Positions 23,839-33,329 of a stretch of 64,000 nucleotides of DNA are shown piece by piece. Position numbers and translations under genes: made by a program. The DNA lies in contig CM102290.1 in the NCBI GenBank assembly GCA_046563655.1, positions 6,262,001 to 6,326,000 on the forward strand, written 5' to 3'. The number at the start of each line of letters is the position of its first letter. The first letter of the stretch is position 1. A model generated the notes under the pieces. It searched no databases. It saw only the letters and a list, made by a program, of their open reading frames with translations, and was not told the DNA's origin. The DNA comes from Yuukianura sp. NJ FZ-2021 (Eukaryota).

Positions 23839-24699
23839 TTAGAAAAACTTCCAGGCGGATCCCTTAGCAATTGGTGTTTGGTAATCCTCCCCTGATGGAT
23901 TGTCCCCTTGATTGAGATCATCATCGTTACTTTCGTCATTTTGATCATCTTCCATGTCCTCTTCTTCTTGTTCCTCCTCCTGTTCTTCTTCCTCGCCTTC
24001 TTCTAGTGGTTGGCCAACCATTGGAGTATTTTGAGCAAGTAGCGCTACCGTTGTCAAGTTTAGTTTGTTGCGAATATGAATTCCGAGTAATTCTTTTGGT
24101 ATATGTACTTTCTTCAAAATGTAGATGAAAGTACGTATCCCCTTTGGGGGAGTGACTTTCGCCGGCGGCTTGAGAACGTATGACAACAAATCAATAATAT
24201 TGGCGCCATTCCTAGGTACACCCTTAAAGAATACTTGACCCGACTCATCCCAGGAAATGTCGTTAAACGCAGATGTTGAAAGAATCTGCATTATTTTTAA
24301 ACCTGTCAACTGGTACTTTGTCGGTAGGAATTTGGCCAAATGAGTGTTGTAAAGTGCTTGGTCTACGGTTGTCTCTGCATCATGCTTCATGGTTCCTGTT
24401 GTCGTAGAAGTTGAATGTTTAGATGTCATAGGTAGAGGATCCGTTTTAGAAACTTCTACACGAAGAGGAGTTTCCGTCAAGGCTGAAAAGCTTGCGTGCA
24501 ATCCCTTCACCATACTATTGAATAAGGCTAACTTGATGTCATCCGAAATGGAATTCCAATGCAGAATATTTGTAGCTGCTGCTTGTTTCCTGTTAAACAG
24601 GTGAACTGAAGAAGATTTGTGTAACAACTGAGGAGCCCTTTGGATGGCAATAAGTTTCTCGTACTCTAGATGCGGTATTAACTTCATTTTTTTGGACAT
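23839..24699 (-). CDS. Conserved Polinton protein of unknown function
   Basis: Homolog of 2817-3995; acidic C-terminal tract; start overlaps the upstream stop (TAATG). Confidence 0.8.
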   Translation of the reverse strand: MSKKMKLIPHLEYEKLIAIQRAPQLLHKSSSVHLFNRKQAAATNILHWNSISDDIKLALFNSMVKGLHASFSALTETPLRVEVSKTDPLPMTSKHSTSTTTGTMKHDAETTVDQALYNTHLAKFLPTKYQLTGLKIMQILSTSAFNDISWDESGQVFFKGVPRNGANIIDLLSYVLKPPAKVTPPKGIRTFIYILKKVHIPKELLGIHIRNKLNLTTVALLAQNTPMVGQPLEEGEEEEQEEEQEEEDMEDDQNDESNDDDLNQGDNPSGEDYQTPIAKGSAWKFF

Positions 24700-25046
24700 T
24701 ATAAACCGACAAGATGAGTTAACGCATTCGCTGCGAGTCCGCCAAGTAGCGACAACGCTGGGGTTACCAACAACGGAAGAAATCCTCCCTTTTGTATAAG
24801 GAATTGTTTCTTTTTTTTGAGTGATAACTTTTTTGCGAGATTCCTGATACCAAACTTATGGCGTCGTAGTTTGTGTTTGTGGTTGTTGCTCAAAGGTACA
24901 TTACCTATCAAAGTATTCAGTGCAATTTCTGACAATGCGTCAATGTTGTCCTTTGAGGCTTTCTTTATTAGTTTCTTTCGACGGAGAGCTTTGCACCTCG
25001 TCACCTCTTCCAAGAACGTCTTGTTTCTAACTAATCGCTTTGTCAT
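24699..25046 (-). CDS. Small basic conserved Polinton protein (QKGG-FLPLL tail)
   Basis: Homolog of 4013-4372. Confidence 0.85.
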   Translation of the reverse strand: MTKRLVRNKTFLEEVTRCKALRRKKLIKKASKDNIDALSEIALNTLIGNVPLSNNHKHKLRRHKFGIRNLAKKLSLKKKKQFLIQKGGFLPLLVTPALSLLGGLAANALTHLVGL

Positions 25047-25060
25047 TCTAAGACAATCAG

Positions 25061-25772
25061 CTAGCTCGGTAAGTAAACGATGTGGTCTTCTTTCGGCAGG
25101 ATTCCCGACTGTATTCGTAGATTGTCGTGACAGCTAGGGTGCAAATTCAGAAATAAGTAGGAATACGGTTGTCGGGTTGCTTCCTCGTATGCGTTTAGAA
25201 TAGCACTTGGCTTCCTTGGGTTGAGCTGCCTACTGAGGTACATAACTTGAGAAGGGAATGAGGGTGTTTTGCAGATTGTCATGTAATGTGTATTGAGACG
25301 AATATCCCTAGCATATTTCCCTTGTGGCAGCAGATTTTGAGACAGAAAGATGACGGATATTGACCTGGAATTCGAAAACGTTTTGTAAATTCTATTCAAT
25401 GTAAGAGAAGCTATGTTTCACATACCTATGATGAACACCGCAAGTGAAAAGTTCTTGAATTGATTTATCTTTTAATGAATCCGCCATTTGGTCATCGATG
25501 ATTAACAGCGTATTTCTTGCATAAACTTCGTCCAACTTTATTCCTTCCAAACACCTAACTCTAGAATCCATTGACCTCATGACGTCATAGCCGCTTTGAT
25601 ATACCTTATAGAATACAATTACATCGTCGATCCTAGGTTGCACCATCATATCCAGGTTTTGAATAATCTTGCAAACGAAGGTTGTTTTTCCGGACATTGT
25701 ACCACCGGCAACGATGAATGTGAATGGATGTCTGAGTTGAATTTGATGGAAATCGTACGTATTGCTCTCCAT
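25061..25772 (-). CDS. DNA-packaging ATPase, 2 exons (25772-25426, 25364-25061)
   Basis: Walker A GGTMSGKT, Walker B LIIDD. A 61-nt GTATGT...TTCCAG intron restores GVHHR|SISVIFLSQN. Confidence 0.92.
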
Positions 25773-26518
25773 TAAGCTGATATCTTCCTAAAATGCAGAG
25801 TTAAAGTCACCTGTCCTTTGTCAATCGGCAACTCCTCGCCAAACTCGTCACACAGTACAATTGAGATGATGTCAAACTCGCTCCTTGAAATCGGAAGGTA
25901 AAACGGTTGCGGAAAAGTTTGAGTGACTGCTTGTCCTTCGTTTCCAATTATGTTTACCATACGAAGTAGAGGTACAAGAGAGGATCCAACGATTTGAGAC
26001 TCTATTATGTCGCAGTATAGAAACATGTGATATCGCCCACCGAGTATATCCGGTGGAGAATCGGCTATGAAGTAGGTATTTTGCTGATTTGCATTAAATT
26101 CAAGCGTACCATTATATCCCAAAATGTACGAGAGTTTCTCACTTATTTCGATACTAAATCCGGCTTCTACTTCCAGGCTCACGCGGCACTTTGTTTCGTA
26201 GTACTTCAAGTTGGAAGGGACGCTGTGCTTTATAAAAGATAAGTTGACCATGTGAACTAAATGCTCTACGGTACTGTAATGAAGTAAAGGAAGCTCTATA
26301 TTCCCGGCAGTCTTCGCCCCATTATACTCAATGAGATTATCTTTCTCAGCTCCGGTTAGAGTTTTTATGGAGCACACATAAGTCAACTCAGTAAGCCCGA
26401 CCTCGTATAAAGAAGGGTCAAGTTCTATTTTGGATGGAAGTTTAATCCTGTAGTTACTCGTTCGGTTGTCAGAAAAATAACGTGAGCCGTTCGACGGTAA
26501 TGTAATATAGAAGCCCAT
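25772..26518 (-). CDS. Minor capsid protein (PX/penton-like)
   Basis: FYITLPSN..YFSDN..SNYRIKLP...YEVGLTEL; MFLYCDII..QIVG....PLLR; TLHFR. Confidence 0.92.
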   Translation of the reverse strand: MGFYITLPSNGSRYFSDNRTSNYRIKLPSKIELDPSLYEVGLTELTYVCSIKTLTGAEKDNLIEYNGAKTAGNIELPLLHYSTVEHLVHMVNLSFIKHSVPSNLKYYETKCRVSLEVEAGFSIEISEKLSYILGYNGTLEFNANQQNTYFIADSPPDILGGRYHMFLYCDIIESQIVGSSLVPLLRMVNIIGNEGQAVTQTFPQPFYLPISRSEFDIISIVLCDEFGEELPIDKGQVTLTLHFRKISA

Positions 26519-26519
26519 T

Positions 26520-27449
26520 TTATTCGTTTCGACTTATCTTGCTGAGCTCTTGACTGTAATAGATCCCAGAAATTTGTTCACCGGAAAGATCTTTGACACG
26601 GTACGTCACTGGAATAGAATTGATGACTTCACAGACTTCGAAAATTTCGTTTGTAAAAGCAGGCCAATAACCCTTGCCAAATATGTGTTTCGTTTTATCA
26701 AGACGTACGCGGTCATATAGTTTGAGAATGGCTTTTGGTTTAGATTTGGAATACAAGTCCTTATAAGATTCCAACCAGACGTCCATTTCATTGTATTTAT
26801 TAACGTCGCATGGCGCCACTTTCGTCCGAGAATGTATCTTGCTGTTATAGGACTTCAATAGAAAGGGCAAGGCCTCAATGTATCTCTTTTGACCGGTTTC
26901 AGTAAGATGTCTGGAAATGGCTGTGCATATTGTTCGGTTAAACCTTTCAATAACACATGAGCCGAAGTCAGAGAAGTTGTGGTACATTAATATGCCGAGA
27001 GACTTCGCCCACTTCCGGAATGCAGCTGACCAAAATTCTCCACCTTGATCACATTCTAGCGTAACGGGTCGTCCCTTCCCGGAAGAAATGATTTTCTTGA
27101 ACGTTTGAATAACTTCACTAGTTTTTTTAGATTTCATGGGCACAGCAAATGCATACTTTGACAAGACATCGATCGCCGTTAAAAGACAAGAGTAGCCATC
27201 GTTCTCTTCAGTGTATTTCGGCAAGAACACAATATCAGCCTGCCAAAGATAGTTTAATGCTGGCGATATTACTCGTCTTCTACGAAATCTACACCTTCGT
27301 CCTTTATGACGTGTGTATGAATCTTGACTTTGTAAAAAATTCAATGCTGCAGACTGAGAAATGCCATGCAACTTGCTCAAATGTTTGTTTCCACACAAAT
27401 AACTCGATCTTCCAATCCGCTTGTATGACTTTGCGATGTCAGATTTCAT
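26520..27449 (-). CDS. Retroviral-like DDE integrase
   Basis: WQADIVF...DVLSKYAF...ECDQGGEF...IERFNRT. First ATG at 27449. Confidence 0.95.
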   Translation of the reverse strand: MKSDIAKSYKRIGRSSYLCGNKHLSKLHGISQSAALNFLQSQDSYTRHKGRRCRFRRRRVISPALNYLWQADIVFLPKYTEENDGYSCLLTAIDVLSKYAFAVPMKSKKTSEVIQTFKKIISSGKGRPVTLECDQGGEFWSAAFRKWAKSLGILMYHNFSDFGSCVIERFNRTICTAISRHLTETGQKRYIEALPFLLKSYNSKIHSRTKVAPCDVNKYNEMDVWLESYKDLYSKSKPKAILKLYDRVRLDKTKHIFGKGYWPAFTNEIFEVCEVINSIPVTYRVKDLSGEQISGIYYSQELSKISRNE

Positions 27450-27527
27450 ATTCTTTAATAAGATAATAAATTTGTAGAGTATCAAATTGGATTACATAAA
27501 ATTTTATATGGTTGTAGGAAATTAAAC

Positions 27528-28076
27528 TTACATATTGAGGAGAACTTCTAAAATTTCACAACACTGAACTATTTTAAGCAATTCTTGAGGTTCACTCGTC
27601 GAAGTTATTCTACTATCGTGCTGCAAATTAATTGCTACAAAGTCTCTTACAATGGCATCGTTTATATCTAGATCAAAATCGTTAAACTTGCTCAGAATTT
27701 TTTCGAATGATTCTCCCCTGATTCTGTGAAACAAATAGTACAGTGCAAACTGGCCGCAAGCGTCACTCTTCTCTGGTTGTACTCTAAGACTGCTCATTCT
27801 AATGACATCAGCCTTTGAGTAAAGAAAATTTACAAAGCTGGGAGTGTAAAACTCAATTGGCATTGCACAGCTGTCAAAAAATTCAACCTCTCTACCTCCG
27901 CTGTTTTTGAACATACTGATCCAATGCATTCCTGGTTCCTTTGAAGATTGGGAATTAACAACGATGGCGAACTGATCCGATGTAACAGCCTTCAATTTGT
28001 CAGAGGGTAGAACTGCGGTTTGATATGATTTGTTGAGGCTCCTATTCAAAATCTCCAAGATCTCGGTAGTGTTCAT
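27528..28076 (-). CDS. Adenain-like cysteine maturation protease
   Basis: Catalytic H (GMHW), D (FFDS), Q and C (QPEKSDACGQFALYYL). Confidence 0.93.
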   Translation of the reverse strand: MNTTEILEILNRSLNKSYQTAVLPSDKLKAVTSDQFAIVVNSQSSKEPGMHWISMFKNSGGREVEFFDSCAMPIEFYTPSFVNFLYSKADVIRMSSLRVQPEKSDACGQFALYYLFHRIRGESFEKILSKFNDFDLDINDAIVRDFVAINLQHDSRITSTSEPQELLKIVQCCEILEVLLNM

Positions 28077-29374
28077 TGTGCAACGACTGCTTGCCGGTAC
28101 TTGTCAATCTCCAAGACGCCTTGTTGCTCAGACAGTATGACACAATGGACTGATTTTTCTAAAGCAGTACCAAACTGAACTTCAATCTTCACACTCCCAG
28201 ACTTCTCCAAATGCAGCAACGCATCGTTCCCAGTGGGCTGAAGAATGTCAAATGTAAACAGTGCATTGTTCTCTTTATAGTCATCACGTGCAAAAGATAG
28301 TCCCACGTCATGCCCCGCTATTCCTGTGCTTGTGAATAGGAGATAGTATGGCAAAAGGCATTCGTCGTTTGCAAAATCCAGAGATAACGGTCTTATTGGA
28401 AGAGACACATTGTTGACTGAAATAGAAATGGTCTTGATGTTGTAATTATGGAAACGAAAAGGATTTGAATTGACGTCTCCATTGAATGCCAAGCTGTCCA
28501 CAAACCCGATTATAAGCCGGCTTGGTACAGTATTTGCAAAAAGATTTTCCTCTAGAGCAGATGAATTTCCTTGAGCAATCGTAAAATACTTTACATCAGT
28601 TGCCTTAAACGGGTATTGAGCGATTTCGCCTTTTTCTAGAAGTCTTTGATGAGCCAAGATGATGCTAGGAAATGGCAGTTGTTTTCGGATGTAATAAGTT
28701 GCTGACAAGAACTTTATTACACCGTCGTCACCTTTTGTTTTTGAGAAAAGAGCAAATGCATCAGAAGCTCTGGTTAAACAAATGCGAACGTTGACATCAT
28801 TTAATATATAGCGATGTTGATTTGCCAGGTTAAATCTCAACTTGTCGATTAGCTCAACAGGTTTCGATTCACTAATGAAGGCTTTTCGCTTTTCCCATCC
28901 CGAATTTGTTGAATCAGCAATTCCACCCAGTGTGTCTTCGTAATACAAAGCGCAACCCCCTTGTGAGCTCTTGTAATCTTTTCCGTAGCACAGCAATGTT
29001 TCAATGTATGCACGATAAGCGTAGCCGTTATTGCTTGTGGAAACAAGTTTTTCGTTGAAATAAATATCGAGCTGTGAGAAGAGTGCGTGCATGAAGAGGT
29101 TCACAGTACCAACGGTTGACTCTTTACCCAGGTTAGTTCCAGCCTTCTGGGTTACTTTAAGTTTCACCCGTAGGAAGCTGTCATTCAAATCAAGATAATG
29201 GTTGCTGTTTCCCGGAATTTTGAATTCGATTTTGTTTGACGAATCCTGAACATTGACAACTGGCTGATACTCTTCGTACATGCTGTAGTCACAGGTAGTA
29301 TCTGTTGCTGGAATTGAAAATAAGTCAACTTCTCCCCGAATAGCTGGTTTAGACCGAGAATGTAGTAGCGACAT
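28073..29374 (-). CDS. Major capsid protein (PY/hexon-like)
   Basis: 433 aa; DLFSIP.T...YQP...IEFKIPG...YLDL, NLFMHALFSQ, YAYRAYIETLL, PSRLIIGFV...AFNG...NPF.F motifs. Confidence 0.95.
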   Translation of the reverse strand: MSLLHSRSKPAIRGEVDLFSIPATDTTCDYSMYEEYQPVVNVQDSSNKIEFKIPGNSNHYLDLNDSFLRVKLKVTQKAGTNLGKESTVGTVNLFMHALFSQLDIYFNEKLVSTSNNGYAYRAYIETLLCYGKDYKSSQGGCALYYEDTLGGIADSTNSGWEKRKAFISESKPVELIDKLRFNLANQHRYILNDVNVRICLTRASDAFALFSKTKGDDGVIKFLSATYYIRKQLPFPSIILAHQRLLEKGEIAQYPFKATDVKYFTIAQGNSSALEENLFANTVPSRLIIGFVDSLAFNGDVNSNPFRFHNYNIKTISISVNNVSLPIRPLSLDFANDECLLPYYLLFTSTGIAGHDVGLSFARDDYKENNALFTFDILQPTGNDALLHLEKSGSVKIEVQFGTALEKSVHCVILSEQQGVLEIDKYRQAVVAQ

Positions 29375-29862
29375 TATGCAAATATATCCAATTTGGTTCT
29401 CTTTGCAGTCTTTGTTGACTTCGTTGAAGCCTTTCTCTTTTTCGATGCCTTCGGTTTCTTAGGTTTTCTTGACGCTTTGTTTCCTACTTTGGATGGCTTC
29501 CGTTTCGTGTATGTACGCTTCCGTTTAACTCCCACACCTTTCCCTGTTTGAGATCCAACTGCTGATTTCAAAAGATCGGCACCAACGTTTTTCAAAAATC
29601 CGAGGCTGTTTTCCTTCAGAGCGTGCTTTACTGACTGACGTCCTTTCGCAATCCCACTCACAGTTTTTACTGCTGCTTCCTTTGCATGGGGCATAATCCA
29701 CTTCATGATTATAGGCAAAGCGTATTTTGCAATTCCTCCTAGGATGGAACCAATGCCTCCTCCTCTCTGTCGTACCCCATGAAACACAGGAATTCCATGG
29801 CCAATTTGGTCCCTCAAAGTATTGTAGTAGTGTTCGTGATTAAACACGTACCTCTGCCGCAT
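29374..29862 (-). CDS. Basic core-like protein
   Basis: QIGHG, QRGGGIGSILG and QTGKG motifs, amphipathic middle, K/R-rich tail ending DIFA; homolog of 617-1312. Confidence 0.88.
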   Translation of the reverse strand: MRQRYVFNHEHYYNTLRDQIGHGIPVFHGVRQRGGGIGSILGGIAKYALPIIMKWIMPHAKEAAVKTVSGIAKGRQSVKHALKENSLGFLKNVGADLLKSAVGSQTGKGVGVKRKRTYTKRKPSKVGNKASRKPKKPKASKKRKASTKSTKTAKRTKLDIFA

Positions 29863-30097
29863 TGTAGATAGATGTTTTCAGTTTGACTTAAGAATGATCA
29901 CTGAGGGCTGAATTTCGAACTATGATTAATATGACTATTAGTCTACAATAGAATAACCGGAAAGGAATTCAAGCCCAGCTTTTATGATATAAACGGTTTC
30001 TAATGTTAAAAACGTTTATGTTTCAAACATTGCTTTACATGAAGATTTTGATTATTTCAGAGTATATATTGAATTCACTTTGAATTAAACAATGGTA

Positions 30098-30422
30098 AGT
30101 GGGTTAGCGCAATCGATAAGGTGGTGGCATCAAATCGAGGGAGCCTGGGGTCGATTCCCATTAGCAGTAATAAAAAAAATTAAAAAAAAAAGTTAGGTTG
30201 CTACTCTATTTAAACTCTTCGTATAGTCAAGCATTCTTCTCTCACGGATGCCTCGACTTGTTGCTCTCTGTTCTTTGAGTCACTGTTCCATTTCCACCAT
30301 ACTGGACAAGGTGGAATGAGACAATGACTTAAAGAGCAGAGAGCAACAAGTTGAGGCATCCGTGAGAGAAGAATGCTTGATTATGCGAAGAGTTTAAATA
30401 GAGTAGCAACCTAACTTTTTTT
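30098..30422 (+). ncRNA. Candidate Pol III transcript: tRNA-like leader plus ~113-bp hairpin
   Basis: A-box-like TAGCGCAATCG (30105-30115) and B-box/T-arm-like TGGG-GTCGATT-CCCA (30146-30160). Inverted arms 30185-30298 and 30310-30422, ending in T7 with no earlier T4 run. Confidence 0.6.
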
Positions 30423-30454
30423 AAAATTTAAATGGAATATGTACTTAATTTTTT

Positions 30455-30562
30455 CACGAGTGACAAAACGGCAAGTGCCGTTTTGACACTCTTTGTCACT
30501 TGGTCACTTTGTCAAAAATGACAATGAGTGTCAGAACGGCACTTGCCGTTTTGACACTCGTG
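30455..30562. repeat. Subterminal nested palindrome (two flip/flop hairpins)
   Basis: GAGTGACAAAACGGCA-AG-TGCCGTTTTGACACTC and GAGTGTCAGAACGGCA-CT-TGCCGTTTTGACACTC in inverted arrangement, overlapping the inner TIR edge. Confidence 0.85.
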
Positions 30563-30625
30563 GTCATTCGGTTCTGGGGCGACTTGAGATTTGTGGGGCT
30601 TGAAAGTGGCTCATCATCCTCATCA
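30546..30625 (-). repeat. Right terminal inverted repeat of Polinton B
   Basis: Exact reverse complement of 15176-15255, followed by the TSD GTTGTT. Confidence 0.95.
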
Positions 30626-30653
30626 GTTGTTTTCGTTATGCGGTTAGTTCGAA

Positions 30654-30686
30654 CGCCGCCGCAAGGCGGCGCCACGGATTGCCTAG
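30654..30686 (+). mobile_element. Helitron-type 3' terminus
   Basis: GC hairpin CGCCGCC-GCAA-GGCGGCG, 11-nt spacer, CTAG, then T. Confidence 0.6.
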
Positions 30687-31384
30687 TTTCAAATATTGAA
30701 AAGCTATTCAGTCCCGGACCCCATTCCCATTTCAGTTCCTATTTTTAGACAAAACAAGCGACTGTGGATCTTCACTTGAATTGTTTTGGTGGAAGTGGTT
30801 AAGGTGGAGTGTGGATGACAAATTCCTACCACACCTCATCTCCCGCTTTCTATACTAAAAACTATAGAAAAACCTGTTGTAGGGGGTTTGTTTGTTGGAG
30901 AAAGAAGCCACTTCATTGTTACTTAACGACCCCTCTCCAACAGGTGGAATCCACAATGGAACACAATCCACTTCCACTCCATCCATAAAAATTGAGGGAA
31001 GAAGTGGTTAAACTCTCTGGTGGGAATTTGATCCTCTCACAATTTAATTCTTTTGGAGAGACTTACTTGGATGAGATGGGAGAGGACTGGTGAGTCCATG
31101 AGTGTCTTTAGGAAAATTGTATCCGTACTTCCGTCCAGAGAGGAGAGATGACTGCGCACTGCTTGGAAAGCAACTGAAAACAAAAGAAAAGAGGGAATGA
31201 GTGACTTGGTTTAGAGTGAGATGGTGGGTCTGGTGGCTCACCATTGTCAATGGCATAGAGGTCAGAGGCGCTTTCCAGTGAGGCTCGGTGGGAAGGTGAA
31301 AGGTCAAGGAGTGATCTGCGCTCAGAACTAACGAAAACCATTACTCCACACAAACTAAAAAGTGTCAGTGGACCATTTCTCTGT

Positions 31385-32160
31385 TTAAGAACGGTAATCG
31401 ATAGAGAAAGGAGGTGCCTTCATGAGGTTGTTGTTGGGAGTTGGTTGTTCCTGTGTTGTTCCGTTCCTCACTCGAGGTTTCGGAATGCGAGGGGGCGTGG
31501 CGTGGTTTTCCAGCAGACGATTCACGTTTCCCAAAACGTTTTTGTAGTAGGTGACTGTGGGCTCCACTTCCGCCTCTTCATCAGACGAACCAAATTCACT
31601 CACACTCGGCCCAATTCCAGGACTGCCTTCTGCCTCACTAAAAAAAACAAACAGGATACCAACGGTATCACTTAACAAGGAACAAATTACATAAAAATTG
31701 TGTAACCGCTTCACTTGTTAATGTTAAGTGATAAGTCTTTTGATTTTTGAACTTTGCATATACTGGAATGAAAGAAGAATGCTGATGTTACCTTTGAGTG
31801 CTATGTTGTTGTTTTCCAACCAGTCAGGAAGATCCAGATGCGGGCCAGAGTTGTGGACAGAGTAAACACTGTTTTCTCCACTGATTGGCAGTTGAAGGTC
31901 CTTGAGAATCTTGGACAAGTCAGCACTCTGGTTCGGAGAAATGTCGTCGTATTTACGATTTCTGTCGCAAGATCGTTGCTCCTGCGACCAGCTCTTCTTC
32001 TCTGGAACAACGTCCGTTTGCACTCCAATGTCAGATGACTACTTGTGTTGGGATTTGATCAATGTGTCCAGTTGCTCTACGTGTTACTTAATGGAGTCAA
32101 CATTAATCGACTACTTTACCAGGCAACACTCACTTGCCAACTTCTGACAGTAGTTTTGCC
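31385..32160 (-). pseudogene. Degenerate exon-like coding fragments of unknown family
   Basis: Short exon-like frames (QTDVVPEKK...NIALK|GT; EAEGSPG...) with in-frame stops upstream; no recognisable domain. Confidence 0.25.
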
Positions 32161-33329
32161 TTGGAATGTTGGAACTCGGAGTCTAATAGATAATTATAAT
32201 GCTTTTTCAGTCTGCCGGAAGCTATTTGAACGGAATGGGGATGAACACTTACAGCCGGGCATTACTGTTTACCAAACGCTGTACTACGAAGCCTGCTTGA
32301 CACTGAATGTTCCATTTGGCGTTAGAAAGCTCAGCTTGAACTTATCAACTTATGTTTTATGTCGTAACTTTCGTTTTTAAAGCTAAATCGTCCCTTGCAA
32401 CTTTGTAATTCACGAAGAAACTAATATCTGTACCAAGTACTAGTTGTTGGTCTACTTAATTAGTAATTGACAGCTATTGAGAGGGAAGCAGTCGATGGCT
32501 AACATGGGGAACTGCGTTTTAGTTGGAGCGTTTATGTTGACTCCATTTGAAACGCTGGTTCAACCATGTTGTGATTCTGACATTGTGAGATTGAAGCCAT
32601 TTCTAATCACTAGAATAAGTATTAACTTTTAATCGTAGGCAAGTTATGGTTGTCATTTTAAATTTTAAATTCTATTTTACAAATTGCGATGGTGTGATTG
32701 TTTTCATCGCAATGTTTAACTCCAAGTTTAATATTTTTGGGAACCGTAAATAAAATTGGTTTGTACAGTACTTTGCGACAGAATTAAACGATTATTTAGT
32801 ATACATGATTACTTAATTAGTTAAGCTTTCGTATTTTTTTTGCACGATATATTGAGATTTCCCGCCAAAACCTAAACCAAAACAAAACCATAGCCTGCTC
32901 AGCTTGAAATTTCCGCCAAATTCAGTCGTTAGGGGATGACGAGGCTTCAGCTGACCTTGAGATGACCTTAAACTCTGTTGCTAACGTCCTCTGGACGATT
33001 GACCTTCAAACAACCGCCAAATTCTGTTGCTGGGGACGCCAGCGTCCTTTGCCCTTCAAATGACCGTCAAACTCGGTTGCTGGGTTGCTAGGGGAAAGTA
33101 GGGTCGTTTGACATTGAATTCACCTTGGGATCACGAAAGGAATGCGTGGAGGGCAAAGTCCATCACGTGCCCCTGCGAACAAAGGAAAAGGGTAAATTCC
33201 TTCCCTCCTAAAGAACAAAGGAACCGAGGTTTCATTCTTGGTGAAACCAGGAGAAGACTTCATTCCATCGCCAGACGTCGAAGGGGAAGGAGCTCCAAAA
33301 GAAGACTCTCTCCAACGACCCACCGAAGG

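Larger units (their letters stand above)
15176..30625. mobile_element. Complete Polinton/Maverick element B (15,450 bp)
   Basis: Perfect 80-bp TIRs (15176-15255 and 30546-30625), 6-bp TSD GTTGTT (15170-15175 and 30626-30631), and a full gene set: pPolB, ATPase, integrase, adenain protease, MCP, penton, core proteins. Confidence 0.97.

Noticed and set aside
27453..27531. Splice fusing protease to integrase (GTAAGT over the protease stop; TTAAAG before the integrase ATG)
   Set aside because: The join is out of frame (ATA ATA TGA); no fusion protein results.
30098..30170. Functional tRNA gene
   Set aside because: No convincing acceptor or anticodon stems; only promoter-box and T-arm resemblance.
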